Shown piece by piece: positions 19,902-26,791 of a DNA stretch of 64,000 nucleotides; the first letter of the stretch is position 1, and every line of letters begins with the position of its first letter. The translations under genes and the position numbers were made by a program. Source of the DNA: an uncultured delta proteobacterium (GTDB lineage: Bacteria > Desulfobacterota > Desulfuromonadia > Desulfuromonadales > JACZKF01); contig CAWFKQ010000007.1 in the NCBI GenBank assembly GCA_963816395.1, positions 387,738-451,737 on the forward strand, given 5' to 3'. Below the pieces are notes generated by a model. That model saw only the letters and a list, made by a program, of their open reading frames with translations, was not told where the DNA came from and ran no database searches.

Positions 19902-21578
19902 GGTTCGTCTCCCATCGTTACAACGCCCCGGACGCAGACTGCCGCACAGGCGCCGCATCCTTTGCAATGATCCGGGTCGCATTCATAGGCGGTCTTCCCG
20001 TTTGTTTGTCCCATGGATACTTCCGGGCAAAAGGTCGCGCAGAGATCGCAGCCGATACACGTTCCACAGTAAAAACATCGTCCGGCTTCCGCTGCCGCTT
20101 CATGCTCAGCCAATCCTCCGACCACCTCCTGAAACCCGCTCACTCGCAGCTCGGCAGGCAGGTTCGGAGGGTTCTGAGGCGAAGTTGCAACAGCGGTGAG
20201 ATAGGAGTAATCATTGATTTCGGCGGTGACACCCGGGGCCCGACTTGGTCCGGGCCGGAACAGTTCATGGATGGAGAAGCTCTCTCCAGCACCAGCAAAA
20301 GCATCGGCGACAGAGTCGGTTCTTCCGGTCAGATCGAGGTGGATCGCCATGGCGGCCCGCTTGCCGGATGCCATGGCGTCAACCACCGTGGCACGCAGCT
20401 GTCCGGCGTCTCCGGCCACGTACAGTCCTCGTCCTGACGGTCCGTCCCTGCCGATCGGCGGCGAGGCGGCCACCTTCCACATCCACTCGGCTGTAAAGCA
20501 ATGATGCTCCCAGGGACTGGCCGATTGCCGTAATCACCACATCACAGGGGAAATCGCCCTTGCTTTCGGATCCCGGTGCAGCCGTGCAACGAACCGCTCC
20601 GACCCTCCCATCCCCCCCCACAAACGCAACCGGGTGCGCTGGGGTCCGGTGCACGCCTTCCTCTTCGGCCTCCAGGACCTCATCATCTGAAGCAGGCAGG
20701 GCTTCCAGATCGGGACGGTAGAGAATAGATACCTTCGCCGCCCCCTTGCGCACGGCCACTCTGGCTGCATCTATGGCGGTGTTGCCTCCCCCGATGACAA
20801 TCACGCGTCGTCCCTTGACCCGTGCCTGCAGGGCGTCATCCAGCAGAAAATCCAGTCCGGGCCAAACGCCTTCCAACTCCTCGCCCGGAATCCCCATGGG
20901 TGTGGGAGCCCAGGTCCCCGTGGCCAGCAATACCGCCCGGTGGGAACCGAGCAGCTGCTCCAACCCGGCCTGATCCACGGGCTGATTAGTGACCGCCTCA
21001 ATATCCAGCGTCAGAATACGCTCGAGGTCCCGATTTAAACTCTCTTCCGGCAGGCGGTAGCCCGGGATCCCCCACCGCAGCAGGCCGCCCAGGCGGTCAC
21101 GAGCCTCAAGGAGGCTCACCGGGTGCCCCATGCGAGCCAGGTGGTAGGCAGCTGCCAAACCGGCCGGACCGGAGCCGATCACCGCCACCGGGAGTCCTCT
21201 GCCGGCAGCGGTCAACATCTCGGGACGAGCGGAGCCGAGATCGGAAACCGCACGCTCCAGGGCGCGAATCTGTACCGAGCCATCATGCTCGGTGCGGTTA
21301 CACTCGCCCTGGCAGGCGTGATTGCAGACGCGACCGCACACGCCCGGCAATGGGCTCTCTTCCAGAAAAGCGGCCAGGGCGCCGTCATAATCCCCTTCCG
21401 CGGCCTTGCACATGGCGGCAGCAATGTTGTTTACCGTCGGGCAGGCAATTCTGCACGGCGAATTCTTCTCTTCGAACACGGGGCGGCGGCGCGACCATGA
21501 ACCGGTCTTGAACGCCTCGGTGGAGAGCCTCGATAGCGGGATGATCGCTTGGGGGTCCAGAAATTTGTGGTAACGCAT
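19898..21578 (-). pseudogene. GltD-like NAD(P)H-dependent FAD oxidoreductase fused to a 2x[4Fe-4S] ferredoxin (OFOR delta-like) domain, +1 frameshift
   Basis: ORF 20379..21578 (CGRVCNHACQGECNR; VAVIGSGPAGLAAAYHLARMGH; VIVIGGGNTAIDAAR) continues in ORF 19898..20482 (GRGLYVAGDAG...AMASGKRAA...CFYCGTCIGCDLCATFCP...CKGCGACAAVC). Extra base near 20435-20441; 1680 nt if repaired. Confidence 0.8.
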
Positions 21579-21579
21579 G

Positions 21580-22128
21580 TTACGCAGCCTCCGTGATTTT
21601 GACCGCGTCGAACGCCTGCCGTGCGGCTTCCCGGTTGCCTTGGCTATTCGCAGGGATCGCCTCGATCAGGGCATCGAGCAGGCAATCCAGTTCGGGCTGC
21701 CCCGCCAGCCTGCAGTACGCCCCCAAAATCGTGGTATTGATGATCTTCCCCAAGCCTGCCCTCTGGCTGACCATTGCGGCGTCTATCAACCCGACTCGGA
21801 AGCCGTGTAAATCTCCCAACTTCTCCAGAGGGCGGACGGTGTTGATCAGCAGCGTGTCTCCTGCCTTGAGCAGATTGCGCGCCTCGCCGGCGTCGAACAG
21901 ACTCTCGTCCAGATAGATCAAGGAATTGGGACGTCTGATCTCGCACTTGAGCAACACCTTCTCCCGGTCAACCCGCAGGAACCCGACCACCGGCGCACCC
22001 CGCCTCTCGCCGCCGTAGACCGAATAGCACTGGGGATACATGCCAGCCTTGAAGAACGAAAGGCCCAGCGTACTTGCCGCAACGACAACCCCCTGCCCGC
22101 CCCGGCCGCTTAGCTTGATTTCAAGCAT
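21580..22128 (-). CDS. 2-oxoacid:ferredoxin oxidoreductase gamma subunit
   Basis: MLEIKLSGRGGQGVVVAASTLG... is a typical PorG/VorC N-terminus; 182 aa. Confidence 0.9.
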   Translation of the reverse strand: MLEIKLSGRGGQGVVVAASTLGLSFFKAGMYPQCYSVYGGERRGAPVVGFLRVDREKVLLKCEIRRPNSLIYLDESLFDAGEARNLLKAGDTLLINTVRPLEKLGDLHGFRVGLIDAAMVSQRAGLGKIINTTILGAYCRLAGQPELDCLLDALIEAIPANSQGNREAARQAFDAVKITEAA

Positions 22129-22167
22129 CTTTCCTCCTCTAGGGTTGCTCTTTACTAAATTGCCAAT

Positions 22168-22193
22168 CTGGGGTACTGTATCCTGTACCCCAG
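22168..22193. promoter_or_regulatory. Inverted repeat CTGGGGTAC-N8-GTACCCCAG in the divergent promoter region (candidate GntR/FadR-type operator)
   Basis: Perfect 9-bp arms seen directly at 22168-22176 and 22185-22193, between the OFOR gamma start (22128) and the regulator start (22270). Confidence 0.5.
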
Positions 22194-22269
22194 AATTATC
22201 ATGCGATTAAAAGCCTTGTCAACAAAAGTTATAACTTTGTTTTATTTGTTGGGGGTCAGTGGTCGGGAG

Positions 22270-22965
22270 ATGAAAATGATAGAAAAAGATCTGGAGTCAG
22301 CCATAGCGCCGCCTCTCTCGATCCGGGAGCAAGTCTACAAGCGCATCAGCGAGCTGATCTTGAGCGGGCGTATCGCTCCGGCCGAACGCCTGATGGAAAA
22401 CAAACTCTCCAAGCAGCTTGGAGTCTCCCGGACGCCTATCAGAGAAGCTCTTCACGTCCTGGAAATGGAGGGGTTTCTTGAGGCAATTCCCCGGGTCGGG
22501 TACCAGGTTAAAGAGATCGTCTGGGAGGAAGTGGTCGATATATGCGAGATCCGGAAGGTTAACGAGACGCTGGCGGCCTGCTGGGCGATGGAGAAAATCA
22601 CCCCGGAAGAACTGAATGCCCTGCAGAATAATCTGGACCAGGCCGAAGCCGATGTGAAGGGGGGACACCCGAAACGCTTTATCGAACGGGACGTGGCTTT
22701 TCACGATATTCTTGTCCGGGCAAGCGGCAGCCGGCGTCTGGTGGAAATCTGCCAGACCTTGCGCCGGCATATGCTTCTCTACCGCATCGAAAGTATTTAC
22801 GAACCGGAGATGGTGTTGAGAGTCATCGAGGACCATCGCCGCATTCTGGACCGCCTCAGGGCGCACGACGCAGCGGGCATCACGCAGGCGATCGGCGATC
22901 ACCTCGACCATGTGAAACGTGAGGTGCTCCATTATGCGTTCGAGAAAAAAGCCGCGGTTCGATGA
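22270..22965 (+). CDS. GntR-family (FadR/FCD subfamily) transcriptional regulator
   Basis: Trimmed to MKMIEKD (ATG 22270). wHTH ..ERLMENKLSKQLGVSRTPIREALHVLEMEGFLEAIPRVGYQV.. followed by an all-helical FCD-like domain. Confidence 0.9.
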   Translation: MKMIEKDLESAIAPPLSIREQVYKRISELILSGRIAPAERLMENKLSKQLGVSRTPIREALHVLEMEGFLEAIPRVGYQVKEIVWEEVVDICEIRKVNETLAACWAMEKITPEELNALQNNLDQAEADVKGGHPKRFIERDVAFHDILVRASGSRRLVEICQTLRRHMLLYRIESIYEPEMVLRVIEDHRRILDRLRAHDAAGITQAIGDHLDHVKREVLHYAFEKKAAVR

Positions 22966-23005
22966 CTTGCGTGCCTACTGAATTCAAGAGAGAGGGAGTT
23001 CGAGA

Positions 23006-23023
23006 CGGGGAAAACGTTCGCGG
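23006..23023 (+). repeat. Left copy of 18-bp identical core CGGGGAAAACGTTCGCGG (within a roughly 50-bp imperfect direct repeat)
   Basis: Exact match to 26498-26515 on the same strand. The flanks are similar but diverged (CCTCTCCA...CT[T/C]GAT... in minus-strand sense). Both copies translate on the minus strand as LS-x6-RERFPRL. Confidence 0.6.
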
Positions 23024-23059
23024 CAGCAAATCGAGTATTTGGAGAGGAAAATACTCGGT

Positions 23060-23326
23060 CTATTCGGCCAGGACTTCCTCAGCTGAAAAACGGAAAGGGC
23101 GCGCTACCGGATTGATGGTCCAGGGAAGAGCAGATAGGTGAGCTGCTCGACGTAGTCGCCGTAGCTCAACTTGGGCATAGATGGACTGTAATAACTGTCG
23201 GTACTCCGCTGTTTTTCCCTGGATTCCCTGCCACCAGCGGACCGTCTCGGTGAAGCCCTGGTTGTCTGCTCCCATCGTACCGATTGGCAATGAAAGCAGG
23301 AGCAGGAGACAAAGATAAACTTTCAT
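23060..23326 (-). CDS. Hypothetical small secreted protein
   Basis: ORF with a signal-peptide-like N-terminus, MKVYLCLLLLLSLPIGTMGA. No recognisable family. Confidence 0.35.
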   Translation of the reverse strand: MKVYLCLLLLLSLPIGTMGADNQGFTETVRWWQGIQGKTAEYRQLLQSIYAQVELRRLRRAAHLSALPWTINPVARPFRFSAEEVLAE

Positions 23327-23497
23327 GCGGCATTTCCCCTCTCAAGCACTTTTCTGCTTCGGCATGTCCTCGGACGAACCACTGGCGATCGAATTACCAA
23401 TTCCTTCGAGCACATTATCGATTTCAGTCCTCAAAGACGTGAGGGGGAGGGGTCCGGGGCCGGTGAGGCGTTTCATGACACGACGGGAACGCCTGAG

Positions 23498-23621
23498 GTA
23501 GGGGCGATTCACGAATCGCCCTGGTTTCTTGATTTTATTCTGGCCACGCCCGGGCAATTCGTGAAGTTGCCCCTACATGGCCGGCTGGTCCGGTCCGGGG
23601 CAATTCGTGAATTGCCCCTAC
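23498..23621. repeat. Three REP-type palindromes 3' of the RAYT gene (23498-23522, 23549-23576, 23595-23621)
   Basis: GTAGGGGCGATTCACGAATCGCCCT; CCCGGGCAATTCGTGAAGTTGCCCCTAC; CCGGGGCAATTCGTGAATTGCCCCTAC. The first is inverted relative to the other two, and the last ends 4 nt from the RAYT stop. Confidence 0.8.
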
Positions 23622-23624
23622 GGT

Positions 23625-24200
23625 TCAATTTGCCGGTGACTGCCGGGATGGGTGGTTTTCGTCTTCTTCCCATTTAGCTGGGTTGTCGACGATGTATTGC
23701 CGGATACCGTTCAGTTCCCGGTCGTCGCGGATGATCCGTTCGTAATAGTTGCGCTGCCAGACCGGCGCGCCCGGGTTGTCGCGGGATTGGTTGATGCGTT
23801 TCGCAGAATTCATCTTGAGATAACCAATGATCTTCGGCAGGGTCATGTTGCGGCGGTTCCGTAGGGGCAATTCATGAATTGCCCCTACACCCTGACCCAA
23901 ACTGGGCGATGCGTGACTCGTCCCGAGGGTATCGTTGATCACAATGATCCCGTGGGTATGGTTCGGCATAACAACGAAAGCATCCATCTCTATGCCCGGG
24001 TACCTCTGCGGCAACGACCGCCAGACCGTATCGACAACCCACCCGGCCTCATTCAACCGCATCGTCCCGTCCACGACATCCCCAAACAGACATTCCCGCC
24101 CGGCCGTGCAGATGGTCACGAAACATGCACCGACGCTGCTGTAATCGTGATTGCGCAACCGGATGGAGCGCCGGTGATGGATGTCCGGGCTGAATGTCAT
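23625..24200 (-). CDS. REP-associated tyrosine transposase (RAYT; IS200/IS605 Y1 HUH family)
   Basis: 191 aa with HUH motif VMPNHTHGIIVI and catalytic-Tyr region PVWQRNYYERIIRDDRE. Flanked by REP palindromes. Confidence 0.85.
   Translation of the reverse strand: MTFSPDIHHRRSIRLRNHDYSSVGACFVTICTAGRECLFGDVVDGTMRLNEAGWVVDTVWRSLPQRYPGIEMDAFVVMPNHTHGIIVINDTLGTSHASPSLGQGVGAIHELPLRNRRNMTLPKIIGYLKMNSAKRINQSRDNPGAPVWQRNYYERIIRDDRELNGIRQYIVDNPAKWEEDENHPSRQSPAN
23861..23888. repeat. Perfect 28-bp palindrome GTAGGGGCAATTCATGAATTGCCCCTAC inside the RAYT coding sequence
   Basis: Verified self-complementary by hand. It encodes VGAIHELPLR in the RAYT frame and belongs to the same sequence family as the flanking REPs. 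Confidence 0.85.
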
Positions 24201-24212
24201 GATTCCCCTCCA

Positions 24213-24240
24213 TAGGGGTACGGCGCGCCATGCCCCCTAC
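24213..24240. repeat. REP-like variant hairpin 5' of the RAYT gene
   Basis: TAGGGGTACGGCGCGCCATGCCCCCTAC has GGGG/CCCC-terminated imperfect palindrome ends with a different core, 13 nt upstream of the RAYT start. Confidence 0.5.
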
Positions 24241-24290
24241 TATGTCGGCGTTTTGCCGCCAGCACCGCATCCCAACAATGATTTTCAACG

Positions 24291-24323
24291 TTCTTCCTTC
24301 TGCATTCTTCCTTCTTCCTTGCC
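24291..24323. repeat. CT-rich tandem heptads (TTCTTCC)n immediately 3' of parE
   Basis: ttcttccttc tgc attcttccttcttccttgcc. Nearly identical to 24978-25011 on the other side of the TA cassette. Confidence 0.7.
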
Positions 24324-24324
24324 T

Positions 24325-24624
24325 TCATGGCATTTTCAACAGCCGCTCGCTGCGCCACACCCGCACAATCGAAATTCGCTCGGTGCCGATGCGGTAGACG
24401 ACCCGAAACGGCGGAAGCAGCAGCTCGCGCACCGCAGACAGCCCGAATTCGGGAACAATGCGGCCGCTTTCCGGGAACTCGGCCAATTGCTCCACCTGGG
24501 CGAAGATCTCCGCAACGAAACGCGCCCCGATTTCGGGCACGTCCTGCTCGACGTACCAGGCACGGAGCGCTTCGAGATCGACCAGAGCCGATTCGGCAAA
24601 CTCGACGGATTTCCTTTTGCCCAT
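24325..24624 (-). CDS. parE: ParE/RelE-superfamily type II toxin
   Basis: 99 aa: ..ALVDLEALRAWYVEQD.....IVPEFGLSAVRELLLPPFRVVYRIGTERISIVRVWRSERLL. Lies 4 nt downstream of a Phd/YefM gene. Confidence 0.8.
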   Translation of the reverse strand: MGKRKSVEFAESALVDLEALRAWYVEQDVPEIGARFVAEIFAQVEQLAEFPESGRIVPEFGLSAVRELLLPPFRVVYRIGTERISIVRVWRSERLLKMP

Positions 24625-24628
24625 GACG

Positions 24629-24907
24629 TCAGTCCAGGCCGAGGCGCTTTTTGGCGTCGGCCAAGCTGAGCGTGCGCCCTTCTTCGACGTCCATCAACCC
24701 CTGCACCACCGCCCGGAGAAACTCCCTCTCCTCGGCCTCGGCCTCGTAGTCCTTGACCGACTGCACCACCGCCACCCCCCGCCCGCGGCTGGTGAGCAGA
24801 ACAGGACGGTGGGTCTTGTCCACCTGGGAAATGACCTTCCCCGGATTGACCTTCAGGTCGGTGACCGGCACGACGTCCTCGGAAAAGACCGGATTCGTTT
24901 TCATCAT
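24629..24907 (-). CDS. Phd/YefM-family type II antitoxin
   Basis: 92 aa: VVPVTDLKVNPGKVISQVDKTHRPVLLTSRGRGVAVVQSVKDYE... is a typical Phd/YefM N-terminal domain. Confidence 0.8.
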   Translation of the reverse strand: MMKTNPVFSEDVVPVTDLKVNPGKVISQVDKTHRPVLLTSRGRGVAVVQSVKDYEAEAEEREFLRAVVQGLMDVEEGRTLSLADAKKRLGLD

Positions 24908-24925
24908 CCACCTCCTCAGGGGCTG

Positions 24926-24941
24926 TTATCTGACCAGATAA
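24926..24941. promoter_or_regulatory. Inverted repeat TTATCTG-AC-CAGATAA upstream of the antitoxin gene (candidate TA autoregulatory operator)
   Basis: 7-bp perfect arms 19 nt upstream of ATG 24907. The minus strand reads gcTATTATctggtcagataacagcccctGAGGAGGtggatgATG. Confidence 0.5.
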
Positions 24942-24977
24942 TAGCACCAATCAAACGACCATTCCAGGGGGCCGTTT

Positions 24978-25011
24978 ATTCTTCCTTCTTCCTTCCGCCT
25001 TCTTCCTTGCC
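24978..25011. repeat. CT-rich tandem heptads (TTCTTCC)n 5' of the TA cassette
   Basis: attcttccttcttcctt ccgcc ttcttccttgcc. Direct repeat of 24291-24323. Confidence 0.7.
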
Positions 25012-25093
25012 CATCAAACGATATCTTCGAAGGTTGATGTTCTTCGACGACGCCTCTCCACTATCCCCCTCCCTGGAAAACAAAGGCTGGTGT

Positions 25094-25732
25094 TTAGCCA
25101 ACAACCACCTGCGGCATATATCCAGCGGCAATCGCGCGCACTATCGAGCGTGGAGTGAGAACGGTCACCTTCTGCCCCTTAAAGAGCGGCACCGGCACGT
25201 CGCCGCCTCCCACTTCAGGCCGCCAGACATGCAGAAATCCGCCCCATTTCAGACAGGCGGTTTCGGGCGCCTCGGGGGAGACAACGAAAACCCCGTCCGG
25301 CAGGTCGTCGATATTCGCCTCGAAGGTCACCTTCTCCCGGCCGCGGGTCACCCGTTCCCGGTGGAGGATACGGTCGATTTCAGCGATGGGTGCGTTTTCC
25401 GGAAGACCGAAATCAGAGTTCCCCTTGTGCCAGGCGGCGACGAACCGCTTGAAATCCTCCCGACGGCATTCGGCGCAGGGCCGATGGCCTGCAGCCAGGG
25501 CGGTGGCCTCGTCACGGAAGAAAAGCTCGGTGTAATTGCCGGGGGTGAACACTTTCCGTTCCAGCTTCCCCGGCACCTCCAGAAGGCAGGTTACCCAGTG
25601 CTGGTGGGTCCAGCGCTTGGCGGTCAGGTTCCCGTCGGAGTCGTGGAGGATGCCGCGGTTTCCCATGAAGGTGCCGCGGGCGGGAGTAGCGATTAGATCG
25701 CCGAAGGGGGTGACGCGGTTTTGGCGGGGCAT
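25094..25732 (-). CDS. Conserved hypothetical protein with central Ada-like Zn-binding motif
   Basis: 212 aa: MPRQNRVTPFGDLIATPARGTFMGNRGILHD... with ELFFRDEATALAAGHRPCAECRR. This resembles the F..eeeA..aGfRPCkrCrP pattern of the Ada N-terminal Zn domain. Function unknown. Confidence 0.6.
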   Translation of the reverse strand: MPRQNRVTPFGDLIATPARGTFMGNRGILHDSDGNLTAKRWTHQHWVTCLLEVPGKLERKVFTPGNYTELFFRDEATALAAGHRPCAECRREDFKRFVAAWHKGNSDFGLPENAPIAEIDRILHRERVTRGREKVTFEANIDDLPDGVFVVSPEAPETACLKWGGFLHVWRPEVGGGDVPVPLFKGQKVTVLTPRSIVRAIAAGYMPQVVVG

Positions 25733-26006
25733 GTGGAGATCTTTCCCTTGCCCATTCCGTCAGAGGTGGCCCCGGTTATTAGGACAGGTCGGCGGCGGGA
25801 ATAAGGTGGGAAGCCTTCATGGTTATGCCGCCAGTTGGAGAGCCGGGCCAGCGTAGCCGGGCCGGGGTTTTTGCCAATATGCCTCATCCGGGGTTCTGTT
25901 GGGGGTTTAATGGGGACGCCCCTTAGTTTATAAGTTTCTGACAGAGGACAAGATACTTATTATCGGGATGGAAATTGTAACTTGGGGAAAGACTAATAAT
26001 TGGAGA

Positions 26007-26231
26007 TCAATCCTCTTTAAGAGTGTCTTCAAGTGTCAAACCATGAGTTGCCTTGTAGCACTGTCGATATAGTTTAAGCCAGTATTCTTTGTTCTTTGAA
26101 TCCCGATCTAGTGAACCGAAGTTATCAATATGTTTCATTAATTCTAGCGCTACTCGGCTCTTTGAATCGGAAACTACCTCAACAGGAGATGAAATTTTTT
26201 GATCAGCCATCTTTAGTTTTCCTTCCGTCAT
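26007..26231 (-). CDS. Hypothetical small protein (ORFan) in a visibly AT-rich segment
   Basis: 74-aa ORF MTEGKLKMADQKISSPVEVV...; the surrounding region (about 25890-26400) has clearly lower GC than the rest of the window. Confidence 0.4.
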   Translation of the reverse strand: MTEGKLKMADQKISSPVEVVSDSKSRVALELMKHIDNFGSLDRDSKNKEYWLKLYRQCYKATHGLTLEDTLKED

Positions 26232-26379
26232 AGATGTTCAGCAATATCAGTCGTTGGTGACCGCCGCGTGAAATCTTCCTAAATTCAATTTGACCTTCCC
26301 AGAATGCCCCCCGGTTTTAGTAACTTGGGAACCGTCCTCCCCTCCTCCTGCGGAATTGTCCATTAATACCCTCTCGGCT

Positions 26380-26741
26380 CTAATGGGCCAACCTATCTCC
26401 AACAGTTGGCAAGAGGGAGAATGCTGAAGATTCCACGAACCGCTCCCCGCCAACCCCGTTCCAAGATATACCATGGCTGGCGACCCGGGGACCAAGGCGG
26501 GGAAAACGTTCGCGGAGAAGATCAAGAATTATGGAGAGGTTGTGGGTTTTGCCGAAGGCGATGCCGGCTTCCTGCAGGTAATTTCGGCGGCCATTCGCAC
26601 CCCCGAGACCTCGCCGGGCATCACCACCAGCAGGTCCAAATCCGATTCCGGCCCGGCGGTTCCTTTAGCGTATGCCCCGAAGAGGATCACTTCCTCCGGC
26701 GCGAACTCACGCACGATTTCGTCGGCAAATTGCTGGAGCAA
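26380..26741 (-). pseudogene. Degenerate MNT (nucleotidyltransferase) / HEPN toxin-antitoxin remnant
   Basis: ORF 26529..26741 encodes the MNT core EVILFGAYAKGTAGPESDLDLLVVMP and then breaks off. The next frame (26583-26380) reads YLQEAGIAFGKTHNLSIILDLLRERFP, which is like the C-terminal half of a HEPN domain. Neither part is full length. Confidence 0.5.
26498..26515 (+). repeat. Right copy of 18-bp identical core CGGGGAAAACGTTCGCGG
   Basis: Exact match to 23006-23023. Lies inside the HEPN-like remnant, 277 nt from the 3' end of tRNA-Leu. Confidence 0.6.
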
Positions 26742-26791
26742 CCGTCCCCATAGCCATTCGCTCTTTCGTATTCCAAAGGCAGGTTTTCAAA

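Noticed and set aside
22966-23060. Hairpin CGAGTATTT-ggagagga-AAATACTCG as a terminator between the GntR gene and the small secreted ORF
   Set aside because: A 9-bp AT-rich stem with no U-tract on either strand. Too weak to call.
23342-23557. 71-aa ORF MPGRGQNKIKKPGRFVNRPYLRRS...
   Set aside because: Its sequence is largely the translation of REP palindromes (GRFVNRPY = GGGGCGATTCACGAATCGCCC). Typical spurious REP-derived ORF.
24458-25696. 412-aa + strand ORF spanning the TA cassette and the hypothetical gene
   Set aside because: Antisense to three better-supported minus-strand genes, with no recognisable motifs and Arg/Pro/Gly-rich composition.
26247-26525. 92-aa ORF downstream of the MNT fragment as a possible HEPN partner
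   Set aside because: No Rx4-6H or HEPN-like helices in this frame. The HEPN-like peptide is in a different frame of the same DNA.
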